This document shows, piece by piece, positions 24,360 to 36,332 of a stretch of 64,000 bases of DNA. Origin of the DNA: Octopus sinensis (lineage: Eukaryota); the NCBI RefSeq assembly GCF_006345805.1, contig NC_043016.1, positions 5,518,001 through 5,582,000 on the forward strand, written 5' to 3'. The stretch's first letter is position 1. Each line of letters begins with the position of its first letter. Under the pieces are notes generated by a model. It did not search any database and was not told the origin of the DNA. It saw nothing but the letters and a program-made list of their open reading frames with translations. A program made the position numbers and the translations under genes.

Positions 24360-24401
24360 GCTGCATTGAAAGGGGGCAATACTCCGAAACGCGTCTGTAG
24401 C
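24360..24401 (+). ncRNA. second HH-C hammerhead copy (A9G variant)
   Basis: GCTGCA-TTGAAAG-GGGG-CAATA-CTCC-GAAAC-GC-GTC^TGTAGC. Confidence 0.6.
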
Positions 24402-24597
24402 TGCGGCTCAAGTAGTGTGGAGCGATGACCTCCCTTGTTCGAAGGTATATGGATACAGTTTGTGTATCAAATAGCTAACTTAAGGCGATGGCCTCATGGA
24501 GCTAATAACCGGACAGCTTTTTTCTTATTTTTATAAGAATGCCATATTAGTATGGCGATAACTCTATATATATATATATATATAATATTATATACAC

Positions 24598-25100
24598 ACT
24601 AGCAGTATCGCCGGCGTTTTGCTCGGGTTTGTAAGGGAAATACTATATAAGCATTTTTAGAGAGTTACTTCCCTTATAAATTCGGGCTTTCTTAGCCATT
24701 TTTGTTTTGGTGTCTTCAAGCCATGAAGTCGTGTTCTAAAAGAACGCTGGTTTCCTTCACCAAACGCATTACGACGTTGATTTTTTACACTCCCTCCCCA
24801 CAGCTTCACGAGGGAGGGAAGGGGGAGAAGCAAACAGGTGCAACTGTGAGCGTGGACGCCAACTCCGACGCCATCGACCTACGATGCATTTTATGCATTA
24901 AAATGGAATAAAAAATGATGTTAAATTATTTTAAAATCGTAGACTCATCGTTGACGCGCGCTAATAGTCGACGAGCTCGATATGAATCGAGACTATAAGA
25001 TACCCGAATTTGGTTAAACTGCACCGCAAAATGTTGGGAGGAGAGTTAGGAATCTAAATCGAAGGGGACAGACACTCACACAACTAGAGTTTAATATTAG
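24598..25100 (+). mobile_element. probable Helentron/DINE-like non-autonomous element
   Basis: Starts ACTAGCAGTATCGCCGGCGTTTTGCTCGGG (subterminal hairpin). Ends GGACAGACACTCACACAAC...TTTAATATTAGAT beside (AT)n, resembling HINE architecture. Confidence 0.5.
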
Positions 25101-25131
<31 letters not shown>

Positions 25132-25269
25132 GATTGGTTTCGGCCATTATCGGCCCAGGCCATGACTACTCAATAGCACCACGTAGAAGAGTGTTTTAAT
25201 TAATTATTTCGGATACCAAGCAGAAAGTGTTATTGGCTGAGACGTGTCTAGGTGTAGGTGGTTTGTCCG

Positions 25270-27345
25270 GTACTTTCTAGAGGAATTTGTCCAAGTACTG
25301 TTTGTGAAAGTTGTTGTGAGGTCTTTTTAACATTAATTTCTTTTGGGATAACATTGAAAAGAACAGGACACATTTGCAGTGAAGAAACTATGTCGCAATG
25401 ATCTTATGTGATGTGATCTTTACTCTTGTAGGGGGACACATTGCACTAGGGTGAACTGTAGCCCAAAATACCGATATAATTTGGATAATATTGGCGGAAA
25501 TTTTCCACATGGTGCAAATAAGGTATCGCTCACGGCGGCGTGGAAGGGAATAGGATTTCAGCTGTTTCAAATCAAGTCCCTTCATTCATTTATTTTTTTA
25601 GTGATTGATGTTCATTATGTCTTGTCTTTTTTTTAGGGGTCCACAATGGACAGTAGTATTTGAGGGTGGGGCCTAGTGAATGTGAAGAGAAGAAGGATGA
25701 TTCATGATCCCTAGATTGAAAAGTTCTGAGGATCCATGAGTACATTCTGCGAGGCAACATTTTGTGTTGATGTGCACACTCCAGCTAGGTTGCTGTCGAC
25801 AGTTACACCTATGTCTCTGATATTATCCGACGGTTCAAGTAGGTTTCCCGATGGTAGTGTATATGGTTGTTGGAATGTGCCCTCTTAAAAAGAAGTGGAC
25901 CCAGCACACTACACTGCCGGGCTCAGCTGACGACTTTGCTGGTCTTGAGTGGCTGCCATCAACTGGGTCCTGTTGTTAGGAAATAACCTAACCCCATTGA
26001 AGTAGCATGGATAGTTTCCTTAACAGTATATTGTTGTCGACTGTCAAAGGCCTTGATATGACAATCGTCGTTGGAGCCTCAGGGGCATTTAAGATGTCAT
26101 CAAAATGGTGGAGAAGCTGTCCTTCCCACCACGAAAGCATGCGGGTTACAATTTAGAATATGATTTTGCTCTAGGAAGTCTGTTATTCTGATCTCAACAT
26201 CTCTCACATACATATGAGGTGAGTAAGATTGGACGGTAGCTACTTGAAGCGTTTTATTCCCTTTTAAAAGATAGGAACGACTGACTGGGAGAGAAGGGTT
26301 TTTGAGGGATAAGACTGGTATCCAGTGATTTCCTCCACGAGATTTGCAAGAGGAGCGCAAGTTGCTCTCTGCATTCCTTCAGCACTCTAGCAGGGAACCT
26401 GTCAGGACCCACTGCTGAATCAGGTTTGATTTCTTTTATTGCTGTTGAGATGTCAGTAGCGCTGAAGGTTATGTCGGAAACGACATGTTGAGAATTCAAA
26501 GAAGCAAAGCAGCTTGAGTCACTGAATTAGGTCACTGTAAAACAGAGCAGTATTGACTTTGCAGAATGTCAGCCATGTCTTTGACATCGCTGTGAAGGAT
26601 ACCGCTTCCGTCAACCATTGGGCCAATAGAGGAAACTGTGGTCCTATGTGTTTTTGCAAAGGAGTAAAACTTTAGGATTATTCTCTGGAGCTCCTCGGTC
26701 GTTTATGACGGTTCTTATACAGTCCTGCAGCTGTTAATGTTCGCGATTGGAGGTGATGCCGATGGTGGTATTTTAGTGGTATTGATTTTTCGTTTAGTCT
26801 TCTTATTCTCCTGATGAGCCTTTTCTATGTTTTAGAATCCTGCATAGCCTGTTATTATGAGTCGTGAGGGTGTGTTGTTTGAGCATATGAGGGTGACTGT
26901 GCCCTCAAATAGTTGCCATGCGTTTGTGCAAGAGCGAAGCGACCAGTCCATTTGCCATAAGTCTTGAGTGATCGCACTCCAGTTTGACTTGTGTAAATTC
27001 ATGTTATCAAATGGGTGCACTTGTGTTATGCCATTATCTTTGGATGCTGAAGATTGAGGTTACAAATCGGACAGGGCGTTTTTCCACTGTGATATTATGG
27101 ATTAGTGTTAGCTTGATGCTTAGCACTAGATCCAAAACACTTTGGGTTGGCCAAAATTAGTAACCGGGATAAAATGAGTAATTTCTAATTTCTCGATTTC
27201 TCACTATCTGTTTGACTTCATATATTGTAAGTATTGCATCATCTATTGAGAAAGCTAGTTAGAAAGTTTGAAAAGTAGTCAGGTCACAGATAACTTTTTC
27301 ATCCAATAAGTTATTCCTCTGCAATTGAAGCAGCTAATAAAATAT
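25270..27345 (-). mobile_element. degraded CR1-like LINE (APE end, RT, C-terminus)
   Basis: ISTAIKEIKPDSAVGPDRFPARVLKEC...LLQISWRKSLDT, HILNCNPHAFVVGR, VLDLVLS...IHNITVE and a C-terminal YLDKFL-like motif. Confidence 0.72.
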
Positions 27346-30300
27346 CTGAATAAAGCCACGGCATCCCTAACCCACCGTTCAGCGGCTTTTGGCAGCAAAT
27401 AGAGCGCCTTACAAGAGGTCTGCTTGCCCTCCACAAAAAGCGAAAGAGCATGCGTTCCAGCTTGTTCAGCCACGAATCGGGGCAAGGCACGACGGTCAGG
27501 ACGGTAAGTGATTACAGAGGCGAAAAACACCTCTACACACCTCCTCCCTCCCTTCAAGGACAGCTTCCGCTCAGACCAGGTCTGAGTTAGGAGAGCACCT
27601 TTCTCGCTACCTCGCTCCAATTCTTCTCTATCTGGAGATCGGGACCTGCACAGATTCCAAGCATTTTCACCGGCCCTTCCGTCCAACGTTGTCGGAAGAC
27701 ATCGACTTGCCCCTCCAGGTGCCGAGTTGCAAGCCGACCGATTTATCCCGGTTGACTTTCGCTCCTGCCACCGCTTGGTAATCCCTTATGGCCTTACCCA
27801 CCCTCTGTAGGTGCTCGACTCGGGATACGATGACGGTGATGTCGTCCGCATACGCTGAAGCTGACTTTCCGCACCCTAGATCTCGCGGAGTGCACCTCAT
27901 AGTTTCCAACCTCCTCAGCAACGGCTTAAGGGCCAAAACGTAGAGAAGCGGGGAGAGAAGGCACTTTTGACGTACTGAACGTTCAATGCGGAACGGCTCC
28001 GAAAAGAAACTGTTCACCCGAACTACCGATTCGATATTGCTGTATAAGGCGTTGATCCATTCGCGGAAGGTCGGGCCGAAGCCAAGCCGCCGCGAGGACC
28101 GCCGCCCAGATACTGATGGTCCACCTTATCGAACGCTTCGATTGGTCCAAATGGACCACAGCCCACACCCTTGCCAGGAATCCTATTTACGTTTTCTAAG
28201 GCATAGCGTAGAGAGTGGAGATTGTCGTGGATGCTCCTTCCAGAGAGATGGCGCAAGTTTGCGCCTCGCAACAAGTTCACCCCACGACCCGCGCCAACCT
28301 TTTTGCTAAGACCTTGGCCAAAATCTTCAACTTGCGTAAAGCAGCGAGGATGGGCCGAAAATTATCAATGGAATCCCACTTGTTTGGATCCTTTCTTAAC
28401 GACTCACAAACTTAGGAATTCTCCCGTTCTGCTGCCACCGGTCGGTGTACACGACATGCAAGTGGTGCTCAAACAAGTCTGGCATGCTACTATAGAGTTC
28501 GTGAGGCAGACCATCGAGACCCGGCGATTTGTCCCGCCACAGTCTGCACAAACATCCTCGACTCCTTGGCTGTGATCGGTTCCTCACAAGATTCCGCATC
28601 TGGCCTCGATAGACGTGGCGAACCGGCTAGGAAGTCTGCGAGCTTCTCCCCGCGCTCCAGTCCGCCGATCCTCCCGAATAGCTGGGCGAAATGATCGTGA
28701 AGCACCTTGCACATCTCCACGGGTTCGTTTACTGATCGACCATTTGGGTCCGTCAAAGATCGAATGGTTGAGTTGTTGCCACGCTGGCCACTCTACCACC
28801 CGGGCCCATCCGGCTGCGTTGATCCCTTCTGTCTCATGCACGGATCTTAGCCCTGACAATGCACCCTTCATGTTTAGCTTTGAGATGTTGGTTGAGTGCC
28901 AACCTCGCCGCTAACACTTTCGATGCACTGACTGACCCCATTGCCTCATCTATTGCCTTAACTAGTTCCTTTTCTACTTTGTTTCTAGCACTAGCTAGTT
29001 CTTTGCTAAACCTAATTGACTCAAATTTGATAGCTCTTTTCAGGGCGTACCACCATTTGTTGTTGATAATGGATCCGGTTAACGCCAACATTACTAATTG
29101 TTTCATCCGATTCCTGTAGGCTTCACAGCCCAATAGTGACTTTTTTTTAGCTTCCAGTAACCGGTACCTCGTCTACACATGCTATCTATATCGAGCGTAC
29201 AGGTCACTAATTTGTGACCGCTGTAGCTGACGATATGTGTTGTGGACAGCAAAGTATTTCTTATCCTTTTCCTTGTAGTTATGATTCTATCTATGTAAGA
29301 TCTGGACGGACCCGTCGTTTCTTGCCCAGGACCCGCTGGAACGTCTGGGTTGTCCAGTCTTAATCGATCTGCCAACTCGAAACGACTTAGCAGATCGTTG
29401 AGTGAAGTAATACCCTCCTATTCTTTCTCGAGCCAGCATAATCTACGTGTGCATCGCAAATTATATTGAAGTCACCTAGCAATACTAACGTGTTCGACGT
29501 GCCGATAAAATTCTCTAGGCTTTTGAAGTAATCTTTCTGCTCGGCTTTTTCCTTCGCAGGGAGCATAGACAGTGACCAGCCTGAACACTTTACCACTGCT
29601 ATCCGTCACATCCAAAACGACTAACCTGCCTTCCGGATCTATAAAGACAGTTCTAATCTCTAAATCCAGGTTTTTTCTGATCAGCACCGCCACTCCTCCG
29701 CCCCCTCCAGGTCGACAGGGAGAAACGTATTTCTCGTAGCCGTTTAGAAGGGGTTAAAAAGCCTGCAGCCCACTCAGTCTGGATTCGGTAATTACCACTA
29801 CATCCAAACGATTTGTAGGCAGCCTTGCTTCCAATACGACCCCAGGTCGCGAATATTTAAACAAACGAGTTTAAACGAGAATGTGAAAAATTAGTCGAAT
29901 GTTAAAAACTTATTGTTTTAACGGGAGAGAGGGTGTAGTTTCACCCCCTCTTTTTCTGTCTGTGAGCGTTGTGGTTTGCGAGGTCATTTTTTTTTTTCGC
30001 GAAATCGTCTGTAGAGATAGCTCGAAAAGTTCATCTGTAACGGGCCCGACGTCCTCCGCAAAAGATTTTTTAGTTCGAAATGCGTATAAAATTCGGAATT
30101 TTCAAGAATAATACTATTTACATCTGTTGCGATATATTTTTTCGCCGATTTCATTAAAACAATTTGGTCTCTTAATAGTTATTATTTGTTCATCGCCGTG
30201 AAGGGTTTATCTTTTTTATATTAGGCGATTGTGGTGTGTGTGTGGTGTGTGTGTTGTGTGTGTGTGTGTGTGTGTGGTGCTTGGGGGTGTGTGTGTGGTT

Positions 30301-31685
30301 TGTAGAAGCGTCGTTGTTTGTAGGTGTGTGTGCTTGTGGTAGGTGTATGTGTGTTGTGTGTGCCTTTTCCAGTGTGTGTGTTTTTTGGCTACGTGTGTGT
30401 TTGCGACTGTATTTGTGGGTGTGGGTGTGCCTGTCTGTCTGTTTGGAGCATAGTCCTGTGTATCCGAAGAGAGTGGGTTTTTCCGTTTCCATCTTTTTGA
30501 AGGTTCCACGGTTGACCCCACTCTGGTTGTTGTTGTGTTGTTTTCTCCCGCTGTCGGCAATTGGTGTGCACGACGTGGCTGCTATTTCTAGTGGTGTGGT
30601 CGTTGTCTCGGCGTCGTGCTTGCCTCTTCTGTTGCGTTTCTTGGCTGTCTTCTTCTTACAGCTCGACCTTATGTGACCTTTCTCGCCACATTGTAACATC
30701 TGGGCTTTCTCCCTAGACTATCACCATCAGGCTGGTATTTTCTCCAATTGTAAGGGAACGGGGCATTTTTTTAAATGTTGAGGGGTTTGCTTGGATGACA
30801 AGCTCTAAATCTTGTCCAACCCAGTTCATGTGGTGGTATCTCTTAGATGAAGAATTGAACTTTCTCTTCTTTGCCTATGAGAATAGCGGCTATCATCCAG
30901 GCCACATCTATTTCGGGTGATATATCAGTGACCGTGATTTTTGAAGTTCTCTTCCTATGTAAGTCGGCAGGAAACTACTTCTTCCGACTTCAATGTCATT
31001 GTTGAATTTTCCCTAGCTTTTTCTTCGTAGGAAACGCACATCTACAGTGCCGAAGCGACTACCCTCGTTAATAGCTTGTTGTTGCCATATCGGCCTCCTC
31101 AATAATTTCTATCGCTTTCCTCGGTACGAAATCAATTTTTTTAGTTTTTACATATGTTTTATATATCAAGTTTTTCTCCGTCGCGTAAATTAATTCACTG
31201 GGAGGGAGCAACTTCACATTATCACCTTCTTTTTTAGTAGTCCTTGGAATTACTAAATCTTCTTTGTTTATGACTATATTTTCACAGGGGCGCTAGTTGC
31301 TGCACTCGCAAAATAATTTTTGACTTTTCTCGCTAGACATTTTGTGTCTGCCTTGTAACGAGCGCGTGCGACGCCTCTATACCTTTACCTTCCTCCTCCC
31401 ACATATTCGCCTCTATATCTTTACCGCCTCCTCCCAAATATTCGCCTTTATGCCTTCAAACAAATTTTCAAAGATTTCCTTGGACTCGGAAGAAATTGGT
31501 GACAAATTCATGTCTTTCGCCGCTTCCCCCTTGAAACAAGGGGGAAACAACGGCAATACTCTGTTTCAACAGCAGAAGAGAAGTGGTCTCGCCGACCAAA
31601 ACAGCAAATTTTCACAATTTTCAGCACAAAAACAATCTTTCACTGCGGAGCAAAGAATAACACGACCGATAAGAGTCCGACCGAG
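27346..31685 (-). mobile_element. Tx1/L1-like LINE family Tx1-B, 5' end to end of RT, 3'-truncated
   Basis: ORF1 knuckle CGEKGHIRSSC, APE LVLLGDFNIICD, RT ASAYADDITV. The 5' end abuts GA/TC repeats at 31686. Confidence 0.9.
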
Positions 31686-31980
31686 AGAGACAGAGAGAGA
31701 GGGGGGGAGAGAGAGTGTGTGTGTGAGAGAAAGAGAGTGAGATAGAGAGTGAGAGAGAAGGAGAGTGAGTGAAAAGCGAGAAGGAGAATGAATGAGAAAG
31801 AGTGAGAGAGAGAGAGTGAGGAGAGAGAGAGTGTGAGTTAGAAATTGAGAGAGAGAGAGTGTGAGAGAGAGAGAGTGAGAGCGAGAGAGTGAGAGAGAGT
31901 GAGAGAGAGAATCAGAGAGAGAGTGATAGAGAGAGAAAGTGAGAGATAGTGAGCGAGTGTGAGAGAGAGGTGAGATAGAG
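31686..31980. repeat. (GA)/(GAGT)-rich microsatellite between two Tx1-B copies
   Basis: Direct reading of the sequence. Confidence 0.9.
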
Positions 31981-33290
31981 TATTTCTTTATTCACCATAA
32001 GGTTGAGAAAAAGTGGGTACAAAACAAACGTTGGGGTCAGGGTATCGAATGAGACGAAACATATGAATAAACAAACAATTAAAATATATACAATTAAATG
32101 AGAATGATGATTAACAAAAAATGAAGCGGAGGACGCGGTCGACCCCAAAAACATACTCACACTGAAGACTTGCTTTCTCTTTTCTACATTCCCGATTAAA
32201 CAGGTTCTTTCACTCGCAACATACTTGCTATATACTTCCATCTTTTACGAAACACACTTTGCGACAGGCATTTCTTCTCCAGCCTTATTTTCCGTTTCAT
32301 GTGGAAAACGAAAAAGTCGATTAGCTCGAGACTGGAGATAAACATGCCTGTTGCAATTCCTTTTACTCTCGTCTTCCACACTACTTCTTTCGCCATAGCA
32401 ACTACCGAAAGAAAACAGGCTCGCTCCTCCCTATTCAGGGAGGTCGGCGGAACTATCTTAATTACAGATTCGCTCGACAGTTGTACTCTTCTCGAATGCG
32501 ACAACAGGTGTTCTACATAAGCCCAGAGTTCAGTCATCTTGGGGCATTGCACAATCGCGTGCAGGACAGTTTCACTGTCCCTCTCACATCTTGCACAAAC
32601 CGGCGAAAGTGCACACCCATGTCTAAAGAGCTTATCTCGAACCGGTAAAGCTCTTCTGTAACACTGCCAGGCCAGCTCTTCTGTAACACTGCCAGGTAAA
32701 TCCAGAGGTGCCTAAGCCTGAGCGCATGTCTGCGCATTTTTAGCCACGGCATCCCTAACCCACCGTTCAGCGGCTTTTGGCAGCAAATAGAGCGCCTTAC
32801 AAGAGGTCTGCTGCCCCTCCACAAAAAGCGAAAGAGCATGCGTTCCAGTTTGTTCAGCCACGAATCGGGGCAAGGCACGACGGTCAGGCGGTAAGTGATT
32901 ACAGAGGCGATAAACACCTCTGCAACCTCCTCCCTCCCTTTCAAGGACAGCTTCCGCTCAGACCAGGTCTGAGTTAGGAGAGCCACCTTTCTCGCTACCT
33001 CGCTCCAGTTCTCTATCTGGAGATCTGGACCTGACCAGATTCCAAGCATTTTCACCGGTCCTTCCGTCCAACGTCCTACGACGTTGTCGGAAGACATCGA
33101 CTTGCCCCTCCAGGTGCCGAGTTGCAAGCCGACCGATCTATCCCGGTTGGCTTTCGCTCCTGCCACCGCTTCGTAGTCCCTTAAGGCCTCACCCACCCAC
33201 TGTAGGTGCTCGACTCGGGAAATGATGATGGTGATGTCGTCCGCATACGCCGAAGCTGACTTTCCGCACCCTAGATCTTGCGGAGGAGAG
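31981..33290 (-). mobile_element. 5'-truncated Tx1-B copy with complete 3' UTR and an internal deletion
   Basis: SAYADDIT through QCPKMTELWAYVE...RVKEPV. The 3' end AATAAAGAAATA is followed by CTCT. The 5' junction lies in TC-rich sequence. Confidence 0.9.
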
Positions 33291-34640
33291 AAGGAGAAGG
33301 TGAGAGGTAGAGTGAGAGAGAGGGTGAGAGAGAGAGTGAGAGAAGGAGAGGGTGAGAGAGAGAGTGAGAGAGATAGATGCTCCATTTTGTGCTTGTTCAC
33401 ATTCTGCGTAAGACAGTGAGAGAGAGAGAGATAGTGAGAGAGAGGGAGTGAGAGAGAGGGAGAGTGAGAGAGATAGTGAGAGAGTGTGAAAGAAAGAGAG
33501 TGAGAGATAGAGAGAATGAATGAGAGAGAGTGAGAAAGAGAGAGTATGGGAGAGAGAGAGTGAGTTAGAGACTGAGAGTGAGAGTGACAGAGAGTGCGAG
33601 AGAGAGAGAATGAGAAAGAGAGAGCGTGAGATAGAGTGAGAGAAAGAATTAGAGAGAGAGTGTGAGAGATAGTGAGAAAATGTGAGAGAAAGAGAGTGAG
33701 AGAGAGGGTGTCACAGATAGACATAATGAGAGGGAGTGAGAGAGAAAGAGTGAGAGAGAGAGGGAGGGAGAGAGTTAGAGTGAGAGAGATAGATCCCCCA
33801 TTTCGGGTTTGTTTACATTCTGCGAAAGACAGTGGGAGAGAGAGAGATGAGAGATGGAGAGGAAGTGAGAGAGTGAAAGAGTGAGAGTGATAGTGAGAGA
33901 GAGGGAGGGGTGAGAGAGAGAGTGAGAGTGAGAGAGATAGATCCCCCATTTCGTGTTTGTTTACATTCTGCGAAAGACAGTGGGAGAGAGAGAGAGTAAA
34001 ATGGAGAGAAAGAGAGTGAGGAGTGAAAGAGTGAGAGTGTAGTGTGAGAGGGAGGAAGAGAGTGAGAGAGATAGATCCCCCATTTCGTGTTTGTTTACAT
34101 TCTGCGAATGACAGTGGGAGAGAGAGAGTAAGATGGAGAGAGAGTGAGAGAGTGAAAGAGTGAGAGTGATAGTGAGAGAGAGGGAGGGAGTGAGAGAGAG
34201 TGAGAGTGAGAGAGATAGATCCCCCATTTCGTGTTTGTTTACATTCTGCGAAAGACAGTGGGAGAGAGAGAGTAAAATGGAGAGAAAGAGAGTGAGAGAG
34301 TGAAAGAGTGAGAGTGATAGTGTGAGAGGGAGGAAGAGAGTGAGAGAGATAGATCCCCCATTTCGTGTTTGTTTACATTCTGCGAATGACAGTGGGAGAG
34401 AGAGAGTAAGATGGAGAGAGAGTGAGAGAGTGAAAGAGTGAGAGTGATAGTGAGAGAGAGGGAGGGAGTGAGAGAGAGTGAGAGTGAGAGAGATAGATCC
34501 CCCATTTCGTGTTTGTTTACATTCTGCGAAAGACAGTGGGAGAGAGAGAGTAAGATGGAGAGAGTGGGAGAGAGAGAGTAAGATGGAGAGAGTGGGAGAG
34601 AGAGAGTAAGACAATGAGAAAGAGAGAGGAGGCAAGATAT
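33291..34640. repeat. GA-rich tract with an embedded 134/144-bp minisatellite carrying a constant motif of about 45 bp
   Basis: GATAGATCCCCCATTTCGTGTTTGTTTACATTCTGCGAA(A/T)GACAGTGG at 33788, 33936, 34070, 34214, 34348 and 34492, with a degenerate copy at 33372. Confidence 0.92.
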
Positions 34641-34669
34641 AGCGAGTGAAAGAAATTGATAGACGTGGG

Positions 34670-35030
34670 AGGGGCTGTGTGATAAGTAATTTGCTTACGA
34701 ACCGCAGAGTTCTGGTTCTAGTCCCACTGCGTGGAAAATTGTGCAAGTGTCTTCTACTATAGCCTGGCGCCGACCAAAGCCTTGTGAGTGGATTTGGTAG
34801 ACGGACACTGAAAGAAGCCCGTCGTATATATGTATGTATATATGTATATATATGTGTGTGTGTGTATATGTTTGTATATCTGTGTTTTTCCCCTAAACAT
34901 CGCTTGATAACTGTTGCGGGTGTTTATGTTGCCCATAACACTAGCGGTGCGGCGAAAGAGACCGATAGGCCTACAAAGAATGAGTCCTGTGGGGGGGGGG
35001 GTCGATTTGCTCGAATAAAGGCATGGCCGC
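34670..35030 (+). mobile_element. tRNA-derived SINE with internal (TA/TG)n
   Basis: B-box GGTTCTAGTCCC at 34714-34725; homologous to 7262-7520. Confidence 0.75.
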
Positions 35031-35329
35031 AATCAAATAACTGAAGAAAGTAAAAGAGATTAAACGTTTAAATCGCGCCAGATTTGTATATTCTCTTAAC
35101 TTCATAATCAAGGGAGAGAACTGAAACATAACAGAGTTAGTTCCCTTTACTTCAGGATTAGGGGTGGGGTGGGAGAAAGGTGTTTCTGTTATCTTCAGAA
35201 ATGTAAACAAATCCACGTGTGTACTTGTACCGAAAGATCGCCCTATAACCATTACTTAATAAATAAATCTTTAATAATATTAACAATAGTCATAATAATA
35301 TACTGAGCTTGTTTGTTCCTTGTCAAGCC

Positions 35330-35624
35330 ATGAGAGAGAGGGAGATAGAGAGAGTGAGAGAGAGAAAGAGAGAGAGTGAGTGAGAGAGAGAGTAAGAGAG
35401 ATAGAGAGAGAATGAGATAGATAGAGAGTGAGTGAGAGAGAGTGAGAGAGAGAGTGAGAGAGAGTGAGGGAGAGAGGGAGCGAGAGAGAGAGTAAGAGAC
35501 AGAGAGGGTGAGAGAGAGTGAGGGAGAGTGTGAGATAGAGAGAGACAGAGAATAGGTGAGAGAGAGAGTGAGAGAGAGTGAGAGAAAGTGAGAGAATGAG
35601 AGAGAGGGAAAGCGAGTGAGAGAG
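35330..35624. repeat. (GA)-rich microsatellite
   Basis: Direct reading; abuts the Tx1-B 3' end. Confidence 0.9.
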
Positions 35625-36332
35625 TATTTCTTTATTCACCATAAGGTTGAGAAAAAGGAGACGAAACGTATGAATAAACAATTAAAATATATACAATTAA
35701 ATGAGGATGAGTGATTAACAAAAAAATGAAGCGGAGGACGCGGTTGACCCTACAAACCACATACTCACACTGAAGACTTTGCTTTCTCCTTTTCTACATT
35801 CCCGATTAAACAGGTTCTTTCACTCGCAACATATTTCCTATAGACTTCCATCTGTTACGAAACACACTTTGCGACAGGCATTTCTTCTCCAGCCTTATTT
35901 TCCGTTTCATGTGGAAAACGAAAAAGTCGATTAGCTCGAGACTGGAGATAAACATGCCTGTTGCAATTCCTTTCACTCTCGTCTTCCATACTATTTGTTT
36001 CGCCACAGCAACTACCGAAAGAAAACAGGCTCGCTCCTCCTTATTCAGGGAGGTCGGTGGAACGATCTTAATTACAGATTCGCTCGACAGTTGTACTCTT
36101 CTCGAATACGACAGCAGGTGTTCGACATAAGCCCAGAGTTCAGTCGCCTTGGGGCATTGCACAATCGCGTGCAGGACAGTTTCACTGTCCCTCTCACATC
36201 TCGCACAAAGCGGCGAAGGTGCACACCTATGTCTAAAGAGCTTAACTCGAACCGGTAAAGCTCCTCTGTAACACTGCCAGGCCAGGGATTTTGGTAATAT
36301 CCATAGGCCCCGGACAGAACGTTCTTTGGAAC
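35625..36332 (-). mobile_element. Tx1-B 3' portion (C-terminal zinc-finger region and 3' UTR)
   Basis: ORF 35806..36162 is nearly identical to the C-terminal part of ORF 63414..63896. Confidence 0.9.

Larger units (their letters stand above)
23601..24565. repeat. 362-364-bp tandem unit in two opposed arms (family HH-C)
   Basis: AATAGAAATATTAAAATTAC at 23601 and 23963. The inverted arm starts at 24030, with TGTAGCTGC at 24032 and 24396. Bounded by (TA)n. Confidence 0.92.

Noticed and set aside
29900-30420. (CA)-rich tract suggesting a separate insertion in Tx1-B
   Set aside because: It is present at the same place in both duplicates, and Tx1-A has an analogous low-complexity ORF1 tail, so it is treated as part of the element.
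33788-34545. CRISPR-like repeat-spacer appearance
   Set aside because: Spacers are related GA repeats, the context is eukaryotic, and there are no cas genes or leader.
486-35681. Low-complexity ORFs (poly-Ile, poly-Tyr, Leu-Ser, His-Thr, Val-Cys), for example 486..878, 2078..2356, 13641..13937, 33961..34746 and 35280..35681
   Set aside because: These are translations of microsatellites, not genes.
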